Below are positions 33,865 through 46,613 of a stretch of DNA of 64,000 bases, one piece after another (the stretch's first letter is position 1; every line of letters begins with the position of its first letter). The translations under genes were made by a program, and so were the position numbers. Below the pieces are notes generated by a model. It was not told the DNA's origin and did no database searches. It worked only from the letters and a program-made list of their open reading frames with translations. This DNA comes from the human T2T-CHM13v2.0 reference genome, Homo sapiens, in the NCBI RefSeq assembly GCF_009914755.1, contig NC_060941.1; one strand, 5' to 3'.

Positions 33865-34688
33865 TGAGAAGTGAAGCCAGCTGGATTTCCTAGGTCGAGT
33901 GGGTACTTGGAGAACTTTTCTGTCTAACTAGAGGATTGTAAATGCACCAATCAGTGCTCTGTGTCTAGGTAAAAGTTTGTAAATGCACTAATCAGCACTC
34001 TGTAAAAATGCACCAATCAGCTCTCTGTGTCTAGCTAAAGGTTTGTAAACACACCAATCAGCACTCTGTAAAAAACGCACCAATCAGCACTCTGTGTCTA
34101 GCTAAAGGTTTGTAAACGCACCAATCAGCACTCTGGAAAAATGCAGCAATCAGCACAGCACTCTGTAAAATGGACCAATCAGCGCTCTGTAAAATAGACC
34201 AATCAGCAGGACATGGGTGGGGCCAAATAAGGGAATAAAAGCTGGCCACCGGAGCCAGCAGAGGCAACCCGGTCAGGTCCCCTTCCATGCTGTGGAAGAT
34301 TTGTTCTTTCACTCTTCACAATAATTCTTGCTGCTGCTCACTCTTTGGGTTCGCACTACCTTTATGAGCTGTAACACTCACTGCGAAGGTCTGCAGCTTC
34401 ACTCCTAAAGTCAGTGAGACCACTAACCCACCAGAAGGAAGAAACAACTCCAGACATGCCACCTTTAAGAGCTGTAACACTGCAAAGGTCTGCGGCTTCA
34501 CTCCTGAAGTCAAGCGAGACCATGAACCCACCAGAAGGAAGAAACTCCAGACCCATCTGAACATCTGAAGGAACAAACTCCGGACACACCACTTTTAAAA
34601 ACTGTAACACTCACCGTGAGGGTCCTCAGCTTCATTCTTGAAGTCAGCAAGACCAATAACCCACCGGAAGGAACCAATTCTGGACACA
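33865..34688 (+). promoter_or_regulatory. 5' LTR, LTR12 family (short type), 824 bp
   Basis: Starts TGAGAAGTGAAGCCAGCTGG and ends TTCTGGACACA. Contains 9 tandem CCAATCAGC-type U3 units, GC box GGGTGGGGCC, TATA-like GAATAAAAG (~34233) and 3 U5 repeat units. Confidence 0.95.
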
Positions 34689-34691
34689 TTT

Positions 34692-34709
34692 TGGCAACCA
34701 TGAAGGGAT
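34692..34709 (+). promoter_or_regulatory. Primer-binding site, tRNA-Arg-like
   Basis: TGGCAACCATGAAGGGAT, 3 nt after the LTR end. 15/18 match to TGGCGACCACGAAGGGAC (complement of the tRNA-Arg 3' end); two mismatches are CpG decay. Confidence 0.85.
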
Positions 34710-34725
34710 TATCGCCTATCGCCAA

Positions 34726-34734
34726 GGGGTGAGT
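34726..34734 (+). promoter_or_regulatory. Proviral major splice donor
   Basis: GGG|GTGAGT just downstream of the PBS, the canonical position for a gamma-like major donor. Confidence 0.65.
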
Positions 34735-35572
34735 ACCATCAGACCCTATTCATTTGCTATTCTGTCCTATTTTTCCTTAGAATTCAGGGGTTAAATACCG
34801 GGCACCTGTTGGCCAGTTAAAAGCAACCAGCATGGCTGCCAGACTGAAGACACGGGTGTCTGGCTTTCTGGGAAAGGGCTCTCTAACAACCCCCGACTCT
34901 TCAGAGTTGGGAGCATTGGTTTGCCTGGAACCAGCTTTCACATTTCCTGTACTTCTGGGCTGAGCCAAGGGTTGACAGAGAGGAAAGCCCTTCAGCTCCG
35001 GGGTCCTGATAACAAGTTGGTTGACCCTGAGGCCATGAGCGGAACTCTCAGTCATGTCACCCAAGTGACACTTGCCCATCTATCCTATCTATCCTGATGC
35101 TTGCCTCCTGGGTCCTAATTCCTGTCAGACAAACTTCCTCTCTCCTCTTCTCTCAGGCTAGTCCTGCTTCTAAAAACCACTCCCTGTCTCTGGTGCTTTT
35201 CTAGTTTCTCCTGTAAGTATGATTTCTAGTATAAACTTCAGGACTCTGTTACCTTCTTTAGGAACCCGGGCTCACCAATAAGAAAGACATAATTTTTGCC
35301 CTAAGCCCCATCATAGGGGGGATAATCTGGAATTTTAGGATCCCTCCTCAGACAAGCAGGCCTAATAAAAGCTATTCCTGAAGCTAAGATATGGGGAGCC
35401 TCAGAAATTGTATCATTCCTATTCATACAAGTGAGGACAAAAGGCATGACTCTTCCAACTCTGGAGATCCCTTCTCTCCCTCAGAGTGTGGCCCTCCACT
35501 TCATTTTTGGGGCATAACATCTACATAGGACACAAATAAAGTCTCAACACTAACAGGAAAACAGGACTGTAA

Positions 35573-35978
35573 CAGGTTTTCAAGAATGTGTTGGTAAGGT
35601 CCACTAAATCTGATTTTTTTCATTCCTCTTTGTGGTCTAGGAGGACAGGCAAGGGTGCAGGTTTTTGAGGATGTGTCAGTAAGAACCACTAAATTCAACC
35701 TTCCTCAGTCCTCCTTGTGGTCTAGGAGGTCAGGCAAGGGTGCAGGTTTTCAAGGATGTGTCAGTAAGGGTCACTAAATCTGACCTTCCTCAGTCCTCCT
35801 TGTGGTCTAGGAGGAAAACTAGTGTTTCTGCTGCTGTGTTGGTGAGCACAACTATTCCGATCAGCAGTGTCTGGGGACCATTGCAGATTCTTGGGCAAAA
35901 GGTATTTCTGCTGCTGTGTTGGCGAGCATGACTATTCTGATCAGCAGGGTCCTGGGACTGTTGTGGGTTCTTGGGCAG
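35573..35978 (+). repeat. Tandem repeats in the ERV9 5' leader (3 x 85 bp, then 2 x 80 bp)
   Basis: CAGGTTTT unit starts at 35573, 35658 and 35743. TTTCTGCTGCTGTGTTGG unit starts at 35825 and 35905. Confidence 0.85.
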
Positions 35979-36024
35979 GGGGAGAAACAAACAAACCAAA
36001 ACTGTGGGCGGTTTTGTCTTTCAG

Positions 36025-37483
36025 ATGGGAAACACTCAGGCATCAACAGGCTCACCCTTGAAATGCATTGTAAGCCATTGGTACCAATTTGACCCACAAA
36101 CCCTGAAAAAGAGGCAGCTCATTTTTTTCCGCACTATGGCTTGGCCCCAATATTCTCTTTCTGATGGGAAAAAATGGCCACCTGAGGGAAGTTTAAATTA
36201 CAATACTATCCTGCAGCTTGATATTTTCTGTAAGAGGGAAGGCAAATGGAGTGAAATACCTTATGTCCAAGATTTCTTTTCATTGAAGGAGAATACACAA
36301 CTATTCAAAGCTTGCAGTTTACATCCCACAGGAGGACCTCTCAGCTTACCCCCATATCCTAGCTTCCCTATAGCTCCCCTTCCTATTAGTGATAAGCCTC
36401 CTCTAATCTCCCCTGCTCAGAAGCAAATAAGCAAAGAAACCTCCAAAGGACCACAAAAACCCCTGGGCTATTTGATATGTCCCCTTCAAGCTGTAGGGGG
36501 AGGGGAATTTGGCCCAACCCGGGTACATATCCCCTTCTCCCTCTCTGATTTAAAGCAGATCAAGGTAGACCTGGGAAAGTTTTCAGATGATCCTGATAGG
36601 TACATAGATGTCCTACAGGGTCTAGGGCAAACCTTCAATCTCACTTGGAGAGATGTCATGCTATTGTTAGATCAAACCCTGGTCTTTAATGAAAGAATGC
36701 AGCTTTAGCTGCAGCCCAAGGGTTTGGAGCTACCTGGTATCTTAGTCAAGTAAATGATAGAATGACAGCCAAAGAAAGGGACAAATTCCCTACTGGTCAG
36801 CAAGCCAACCCCAGTATGGATCCCCACTGGGATCTTTACTCAGATTATGGGGACTGGAGTCGCAAACATCTGTTGACCTGTGTTCTAGAAGGACTAAGGA
36901 GAATTAGGCAAAAGCCCATGAATTTTTCAATGATGTCTATCATAACTCAGGGAAAGGAAGAAAATCCTTCCGCTTTCCTCAAGCAGCTACAGGAGGCCTT
37001 AAGAAAATATACTCCCCTGTCACCCAACCCACTCAAGGGTCAGTTGATTCTAAAAGATAAGTTTGTTACCCAATTAGCCACAGATATCAGAAGAAAGCTC
37101 CAAAAGTGAGCCCTGGACCTGAACAAAATCTGGAGGCATTATTAAACCTGGCAACATTGGTGTTCTATAATAGGGACCAAGAGGAACAGGCCCAAAAGGA
37201 AAACCAAGATCAGAGAAAGGCCGCAGCCTTAGTCATGGCCCTCAGACAAACAAACCTTGGTGGTTCAGAGAGGACAGAAAATGGAGCAGGCCAATCACCC
37301 AGTGGGGCTTGATATCAGTGTGGTTTACAAGGACACCTTAAAAAAGATTGTCCAACAAGAAACAAGCTGCCCCTTCACCCATGTCCACTATGCTGAGGGA
37401 ATCACTGGAAGGCACACTGCCCCAGAGGATGAAGGTTCTCTGGCCCAGAAGCCCCCAATCAGATGATTCAACAACAGGACTGA
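36025..37483 (+). pseudogene. gag: ERV9 gag (MA-CA-NC), disrupted
   Basis: MGNTQAS myristoylation start; WPPEGS; PPPY-like LPPYP; MHR ITQGKEENPSAF; two Zn knuckles (*YQCGLQGHLKKDC, CPLC*GNHWKAHC). Ends at TGA 37481-37483 in frame with pro. Split over ORFs 35971, 36762 and 37106. Confidence 0.93.
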
Positions 37484-40400
37484 GGGTGCCCGGGGCAAGT
37501 GCCAGCTCATGTCATCACCCTCACTGAGCCCCGGGTACGTTTAACCATTCAGGGCCAGGAAATTGACTTCCTCCTGGACACTGGCATGGCCTTCTCAGTG
37601 TTAATCTCTTGTTCTGGACAACTGTCCTCAAGGTCCGTTACCATCCAAGGAATCCTGGGACAGTCTGTAACCAGGTATTTCTCTCACCTCCTCAGTTGTA
37701 ATTGGGAGATTTTGCTCTTTTCACATGCCTTTCTTGTCATGCCTGAAAGTCCCACACCGTTATTAGGGAGAGATATGTTAGCCAAAGCTGGAGCTATTAT
37801 CTACATGAATATGGGGAAGAATTTACCCATGTGTTGTCCTGTACTTGAGGAGGGAATCAACCCTGGAGTCTGTGCATTGGTAGGACAATTTGGAAGGGCA
37901 AAAAATGCCTGCCCAGTCCAAATCAGGCTAAAAGACCCCACCACTTTTCCTTATCAAAGGCAATATCCCTTAAGGCCTGAAGCTCATAAAGGATTACAGG
38001 GTATTGTTTAAACATTTAAAAGCTCAAGGCTTAGTAAGGAAATGCAGCTGTCCCTGCAACACCCCAATTCTAGGAGTGCAAAAATTGAACGGTCAGTAGA
38101 GACTAGTGCAAGATCTTAGACTCATCAATGAGGCAGTAATTCCTCTATACCCAGTTATACCCAACCCCTGTACCCTGCTCTCTCAAATACCAGAGGAAGG
38201 AGAATGATTCACTGTTCTAGACCTCAAGGATGTCTTCTTCTGTATTCCCCTGCACTCTGACTCCCAGTTTCTCTTTGCCTTTGAGGATCCCACAGACCAC
38301 ACATCCCAACTTATGTGGACAGTCTTGCCCCAAGGGTTTAGGGATAGCCCTCATCTGTTTGGTCAGGCCATGGCCCAAGATCTAGACCACTTCTCAAGTC
38401 CAGGCACTCTGGTTCTTCAGTATGTGGATGATTTACTTTTGGCTACCAGTTTGGAAGCCTCATGTCAGCAGGCTACTCTAGATCTCTTGAACTTTCTAGC
38501 TAATCAAGGGTACAAGGCATCTAGGTCGAAGGCTCAGCTTTACCTACAGCAGGTCAAATATCTAGGCCTAATCTTATCCAGAGGGACCAGGGCCCTCAGC
38601 AAGGAATGAATACAGCCTATACTGGCTTATCCTTGCCCTAAGATGTTAAAACAGTTATGGGGGATCCTTGGAATCACCGGCTTTTGCTGACTATGGATCC
38701 CCAGATATGGCGAGATAGCCAGGCCCCTCTATACTCTAATCAAGGAGACCCAGAGGGCAAATACTCATCTAGTAGAATGGGAACCAGGGGCAGAAACAGC
38801 CTTCAAAACCTTAAAGCAAGCTCCAGTGCAAGCTCCAGCTTTAAGCCTTCCCACAGGAGAAAACTTCTCTTTAAACGTCACAGAGAGAGTAGGGATAGCT
38901 CTTGGGGTCCTTACTCAGACTCATGGGACAACCCCACAACCAGTGGCACACCTAAGTGAGGAAATCGATGTAGTAGCAAAAGGCTGGCCTCACTGTTTAT
39001 GGGTAGTTGTGGCAGTGGCCATCTTAGTGTCAGAGGCTATCAAAATAATACAAGGAAAGGATCTCACTGTCTGGACTACTTGTGATGTAAGTGGCATACT
39101 AGGTGCCAAAGGAAGTTTATGGTTATCAGACAACTGTCTACTTAGATACCAGCTGCTACTCCTTGAGAGACTAGTGCTTCAAATGCATACATGCGTGGCC
39201 TTCAACCCTGCCACTTTTCTCCCAGAGGATGAGAAACCAATCGAGCATGACTGCCAACAAATTATAGTCCAGACTTATGCCACCTGAGATGATCACTTAG
39301 AAGTCCCCTTAGCTAATCCTGACCTTAACCTATATACCGATGGAAGTTCATTTGTGGAGAATGGGATACAAAGGGCAGATTATGCCAGTTAGTGATGTAA
39401 CCATACTTGAAAGTAAGCGTCTTCTCCCAGGGACCAGCGACCAATTAGCAGAACTAGTGCACTTACCCGAGCCTTAGAACTGGGAAAGAGAAAAAGAATA
39501 AATGTGTATACAGATAGCAAGTATGCTTATCAAATGTTACATGCCCATGCTGCAATATGGAAAGAAAGGGAGTTCCTAACCTCTGGGGGAACCCCCATTA
39601 AATACCACAAGGAAATTATTGAGTTATTGCACACAGTGCAAAAACCCAAGGAGGTGGCAGTCTTACACTGCCAAAGCCATCAGAAAGGTGAAGGACAAAA
39701 GGCAGAAGGAAACTGTCAGGCAGATGCTGAGGCCAAAATTGCTGTCAGGTAGAACCTCCCACTAGAAATACCAGTGGAAGGACCCTTGGTATGGAACAAC
39801 CCCCTCCAAGAGATTAAGCCCCAGTATTCCCCAACTGAAACAGAATGGGGACTTTCATGGGGGCATAGTTTTTTCCCCTCAGGGTGGTTAATGACAGAAG
39901 AAGGAAAGATACTTATACCTGAAGCCAGCCAGTGGAAAATACTTAAAACGCTCCACCAAATTTTTCATATGGGTATTGAAAACACTCATCAAATGGCCAA
40001 ATCCCTGTTTACAGGGCCAAATCTCCAGACCATCCGACAGGTAGTCAAAGCCTGTGAGGTGTGCCAAAGGAATAATCCCTTGGTCCATCGTAAGGCCCCT
40101 TTGGGGGAACAAAGAATAGGTCACTATCCTGGAAAGGACTGGCAGTTAGACTTCACCCATATGCCTAAGTCAAAGGGATTTCAATTCTTGTTGGTCTGTG
40201 TTGATACCTTTACAAATTGGATAGAAGCTTTCCCCTGCAAGCCAGAGAAGTCTCAGGAAGTGATTAAAGTCCTAATTCATGAAATGATTCCTAGATTTGG
40301 GCTTTCCCAAAGCTTACAGAGTGACAATGGTCCAGCTTTTAAAATCACAATAACTCAGGGAATTTCCAGGGCACCAGGGATACAATATCACCTTTACTGC

Positions 40401-41059
40401 ACCTGGAGGCCACAATCCTCAGGGAAGGTGGAGAAGGCAAATGAAACACTCAAAAGGCACTTAAGGAAACTAACACAAGAAACTCATCTCCCATGGCCTA
40501 CTCTTTTGCCCATGGCCTTGTTGAGAATCCGAAATTCTCCTCACAAAATGGGGCTCAGTCCATATGAAATGTTGTATGGATGAACTTTTCTCACAAATGA
40601 CCTCCTACTTGATCAGGAATTGGCCAACTTGGTCAAAGATATAACTTCTTTGGCAAAATTTCAACAAAACCTTAAAAAACTACCTAAAGGATGTCACAGA
40701 AAAAAGGGAACAGAGTAGAGTTGTTTCAACCAGGAGATATAGTGTTGGTCAAATCTCTCCTCTCTACCTCCTCATCTATGCACTCTTTGTGGGAAGGACC
40801 ATACTCGGTAATCCTCTCTACCCCCACTGCAGTTAAGGTGGCAGGGGTGGAATCTTGGATTCACCACACCTGAGTTACATTTTGGACACCCCTTGAGGAA
40901 CCTGCGGGACCGTCAGATCAGGAGTCCCAAGATCAGCCAGACCAGCCTCGATACACCTGCGAACCATTGGAGGACTTTCATCTCCTATTTCAGAAGGAAA
41001 CATCCCAGACTAAAAAGGCTCCTACCACTGATCCTGAAGAAACACCCCTTCCTACTTAA
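37484..41059 (+). pseudogene. pol: ERV9 pro-pol (PR, RT, RNase H, IN), disrupted
   Basis: PR FLLDTG...LLGRD; RT LPQGFRDSP and YVDD; RNase H YTDGSS and YTDSKY; IN HHCC, WQLDFT, SDNGPAF, SSGKVE, WEGPY. Frame closes at TAA 41057-41059. Confidence 0.95.
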
Positions 41060-41117
41060 AAAAGATAAGTGAAGGCCTACATAATCTTTATCTTTAACAT
41101 CTCTCCTTGCCCCTTTA

Positions 41118-41258
41118 ATGGAATCCTTTTACTATTTCATCATATTATTAAGCAGCATACTAACCATACTCTTTGCAATAGGATTATACTGTAGCTCCTG
41201 CCAGGATGAAAATCCTAATCACATCAACCTTCTTTCTTTCTATCTTCCTTCCTTCTGA
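41118..41258 (+). CDS. Candidate small hydrophobic ORF (46 aa) between pol and env
   Basis: MESFYYFIILLSSILTILFAIGLYCSSCQDENPNHINLLSFYLPSF*, translated by hand (below the ORF-track cutoff). N-terminal ~20-residue TM-like stretch. Confidence 0.35.
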   Translation: MESFYYFIILLSSILTILFAIGLYCSSCQDENPNHINLLSFYLPSF

Positions 41259-41296
41259 CAGCAATTTACTCCTACCTTTAACTCAGACTGAATAAA

Positions 41297-43140
41297 ATGA
41301 TCTCATCTTCCAGAGCACCCTCTTTACCTTCCAATTTACTCTTTGCCTGTCTATTCCTCCTGCTTCCTTGGATACCTCATACAATCACCCCTCCCCTTCC
41401 ACTAGCTCCTAATTACCTCTATAAGACTCTCAACTTAACCCACTCTCTGTTAAACTAGTCCAATCCTCCCCTGACAAATGACTGTTGGCTTTGTATCTCT
41501 CTATCAACTTCTGCTTATGTTGCCACTCCCATTCCTGCAAAAAACTGGGTCTTTACCAACTTAACCTACCACCCTCGTTATGAAGGAAAAGACCCTTTCC
41601 GAATTCTAAATATGCAATCATTAGCCAACTTCCCCATCTCTGATAGGACCAAGAATACCCTAACAGGACATGCAATCCAACTTTTACATTCTTACATTTC
41701 CAACCTCACTTATTACACAAGCAATGAAAAGCCCATACATGGCCCTGTAACTACGAATACTATCTTAACTTTCCAAGCCCCTTTATGCATCCAACGCAAC
41801 ATGTTATCAGGCCTGCCCCTGGGGCACCTACTACCCCATCAGTGTAATTACATCCTACAACTTCAAGCCCCAACTGATCATAGTAACTTCCGAGTCACCC
41901 AAACAGCTCCATTCAGATGGCTTGTCCACTTCTCAGGGCCCCCAAAAATCATCACCTCCTCCCTACTTAACAAACAGTCCAGGTTGTAATGGCAAACATG
42001 CTCCCTGCATGACCATTCACCCCTGGACCCCCTGCAGCAGCACCCCCACCACTAGTGAATGCCTTCTCATCCCCTCTTTCAATCACTCTCAAATGGTTCC
42101 TAGTAGATACAAAATGGTTTTGTCTCCAATGGGAAAATAGAACACAGGGAGCCACTCAGTTTGCTCCCAACACCCGTTTCCAGCCACTCACCAGCGCTAC
42201 CTTGACAAGTACTCTGGGAGTATGGGAAAATGAAAACAATAAACTCACACACCTTTTTAACATACACAAACCAGTTATCTCTACCCAGCCGAGGTATAGT
42301 CTTTTGTGGAACGTCGACCTATATCTGCCTCCCGACTAACTGGACAGGCACCTGCACCTTAGTCTTTCTAAGTCCCAACATTAACATTGCCCCAGGAAAT
42401 CAGACCCTATCAGAATGCCTCAAAGCTCAAGTCTGTCAGCGCAGAGCCAGACAACTAATACCCCTACTTATAGGGTTAGGAATAGCTACTGCTACAGGAA
42501 CTGGAATAGCCAGTTTATCTACTTCGTTACCCTACTACCACACACTCTCAAAGGATTTCTCAGTTTGCAAGAACTAATGAAATCTATCCTTACTCTACAA
42601 CCCCAAATAGACTCTTTGGCAGCAGTGACTCTCCAAAACTGCTGAGGCCTAGACCTCCTCACTGTGGAGGAAGGAGGATTCTGCACCTTCTTAGGAGAAG
42701 AGTGTTGTTTTTACACTAACCAGCCAGAGATAGTACAAGATGCCACCCAGTGTTTACAGGAAAAGGCTTCTGAAATCAGATGCCTTTCAAACTCTTATAC
42801 CAACCTCTGGAGTTGGGCAACATGGCTTCTTCCTTTTCTAGGTCCTGTGGCAGCCATCTGGCTATTACTCGCCTTCAGGCCTTGTATTTTTAATCTCCTT
42901 GTCAAATTTGTTTCCTCTAGGATCAAGGCCATCAAGCTACAGATGGTCTTACAAATGGAACCCTAAATGAGCTCAACTAACAACTTCTACCAAGGACCCC
43001 TGGACTGACCCATTGGCCCTTTCACTGGCCTAAAGAGTTCCCCTCTGGAGGACACTACAACTGTAGGGCCCCTTCTTTGCCCCTATCCCACAGGAAGTAG
43101 CTAGAGCATTCATCACCCAATTCCCAACAGCAGTTGGGGT
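41297..43140 (+). pseudogene. env: ERV9 env (SU+TM), full length but disrupted
   Basis: Signal peptide MISSSRAPSLPSNLLFACLFLLLPW; CWLC at 41483; decayed furin site CQRR|A; fusion peptide LIPLLIGLG; ISD LQNC*GLDLL; CX6CC (CTFLGEECC); TM WLLPFLGPVAAIWLLLAF. 3' end approximate. Confidence 0.9.
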
Positions 43141-43149
43141 GTCCTGTTT

Positions 43150-43159
43150 AGAGAGGGGA
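43150..43159 (+). promoter_or_regulatory. Polypurine tract
   Basis: AGAGAGGGGA immediately before the 3' LTR. Confidence 0.85.
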
Positions 43160-43160
43160 T

Positions 43161-43954
43161 TGAGAGGTAAAGCCAGCTGGACTTCCTGGGTCAAGTGGGG
43201 ACTTGGAGAACTTTTCTGTCTAGCTAGAGGATTGTAAATGCACCAATCAGCACTCTGTATCTAGCTAAAGGTTTGTAAACACACCTAATCAGCACTCTGT
43301 AAAAATGGACCAATCAGCACTCTGTAAAATAGACCAATCAGCGCTCTGTAAAATGGACCAATCAGCAGGATGTGGGTGGGGCCAAATAAGGGAATAAAAG
43401 CTGGCCACCTGAGCCAGCAGCAGCAAGCCGCTCAGGTCCCCTTCCACACTGTGGAAGCTTTGTTCTTTCCTTCTTCACAATAAATCTTGCTGCTGCTCAC
43501 TCTTTGAGTCCGTACTACCTTTATGAGCTGTAAAACTCACTGCAAAGGCCTGCAGCTTCACTCCTGAAGTCAGCAAGACCACGAACCCACCGGGAGGAAC
43601 AAACAACTCCAGATACGCCACCTTTAAGAGCTGTAACACTCACTGCGAAGGTCTGCGGCTTCACTCCTGAAGTCAGCGAGACCACAAACCCATCAGAAGG
43701 AAGAAACAACTCTGGACATGCCACCCTTAATAGCTGTAACACTCACTGCAAAGGTCTGCACCTTCACTCCTGAAGTCAAGCAAGACCACGAACCCACCAG
43801 AAGGAAGAAACTCCAGACCCATCTGAACATCTGAAGGAACAAACTCCAGACACACCATCTTTAAGAACTGTAACACTCACCGCGAGGGTCCATGGCTTCA
43901 TTCTTGAAGTCAGCGAGACCAATAACCCACCGGAAGCAACCAATTCTGGACACA
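43161..43954 (+). promoter_or_regulatory. 3' LTR, LTR12 family, 794 bp
   Basis: TGAGAGGTAAAGCCAGC...TTCTGGACACA; 5 CCAAT-type units; intact AATAAA at 43479-43484; 4 U5 repeat units. Confidence 0.95.
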
Positions 43955-44212
<258 letters not shown>

Positions 44213-44515
44213 TCACACACTAATTCCAAGAAGGTTTTTTACAACAGTTCAGGAATGTAGTGCATTACAAATAGAAACTTGTTTTTAACACAGAAGTGGA
44301 ATGCGGTTGATACTTGGCTGTATTAATATTTGTGTTACCCAAAAAAGTACTGGATGCAAACTATATATATAAATCTGAGATCTAATGTGGATGCTTAAAA
44401 ACGAACTTTTAAAAGTTCTTTTAAACCAGAATTTTAAAAGTAAGTCCATTTTTATAAAAATTAATCTATACGTATATGCGTAGAAAAATCTGGAAGAAAA
44501 TATTCCAAATAGTAA

Positions 44516-44865
<350 letters not shown>

Positions 44866-45572
44866 GCTGTTAATTTTTTTGGCAAAATGAGTTTTGCCAA
44901 ACTCATTTTACTGCCAGAGAGTTTTCTCTTTTTTACGTCTTTCTATAATATCTGACTTTTTTACATGAATATAAACTTCCTTTATACTCAAAGGGAAAAT
45001 AATCAATAATCCTATTTTTATTTTTCAAAAGAGAAAAATAAAGGAGGGAAAAGTCTAATAGAATGAAAGTAGATAAGAGTTGCTCCCAGGCCAGGGAGCT
45101 GGAACTAACCAGAAGGACTAGTTCGGAAATGGCCCAGGCTGAGTGAGATACCAGCTCCCTAAACAGCCTCTGACAAGAGGAAAGGCAGCCATGCACATGA
45201 GCAACTTTGATGTCAGATGGTTCCAGAAAGCGCCAGGCATGGGCACCAGATGCTGGTGGTCCTCAGAGGAGAGCTCTGCACTAGACACAAAGGTCACATG
45301 GCCCCAGTCCTAGGAGAAGCATCCAGTCTAGACAAGCTAATGAAAACCATGGTGATGTCAACAGAGAGCCACAACTGGTTTCACAAACCACTAGTAAAAC
45401 GTTCAAGTTCCAGAAATTGAAGGAACACACAATAAAACAATAAGTCCTCCCTCTTCACCTATCAAAAGAGTAAAGAATTTTTAAATGCTGGTGAGGGTGT
45501 GCTGGAATTAGTGCTCATTCACTGCTGTTGGGAATTATTGCATTGCTAATGTGGTTTGAAAAGCAATACGGT

Positions 45573-45977
<405 letters not shown>

Positions 45978-46309
45978 TCATTGCAGTATGATTTATAATT
46001 TTTTTAATGAAATAACCTGAAAACTGTCCAACAATAGTTGGAGTGGTAAGTTCTGATACAACCTGTCAGTGGAGCATTATGTAGCCATTAAAAAAAATGT
46101 TTAGAGAGCGTTTGTCTTATCACTCAGGAAAATGTTTATGTTACCATGTTAAATGATACAGTAGGATATAAAATTGTATGTAGAGCATGATTTAAACTAC
46201 ATAAAAATTCACACACACGACTGGAAAGAAATGCTCTAAAATGTTACACAGTTACGCATGGATTGGTCAAATTATGAGTGGGCTTTTTGTATCTTTTAAA
46301 AAATAACTG

Positions 46310-46613
46310 GGCCAGGCACAGTGGCTCACACCTGTAATCCCAACACTTTGGGAGGCCGAGGCAGCAGATCATGAGGTCAGGAGCTCAAGACCAGCCTGGC
46401 CAACATGGTGAAAACCCGTCTCTACTAAAAATACAAAAACTAGCCAGGCATGGTGGTGCATGCCTGTAATCCCATCTACTCGGGAGGTTGAGGCAGGAGA
46501 ATTGGTTGAACACGGCAAGTGGAGATTGCAGTGAGCCAAGATTGTGCCACTGCACCACAGCCTGGGTGACAGAGCAAGACTCCATCTCAAAAAAATAAAT
46601 AAATAAATAAATA
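46310..46613 (+). mobile_element. AluS
   Basis: Dimeric Alu, (TAAA)n tail. Confidence 0.92.

Larger units (their letters stand above)
33865..43954 (+). mobile_element. Full-length ERV9/HERV9 provirus (class I, gamma-like), inactivated
   Basis: LTR (TGAGA...GGACACA)-PBS-leader-gag-pro-pol-env-PPT-LTR. 4-bp TSD TCAG at 33861-33864 and 43955-43958. Every gene carries stops or frameshifts. Confidence 0.97.

Noticed and set aside
39774-40583. 269-aa integrase ORF as a domesticated gene
   Set aside because: GTG start, premature TGA before the C-terminal domain, and length compatible with neutral decay.
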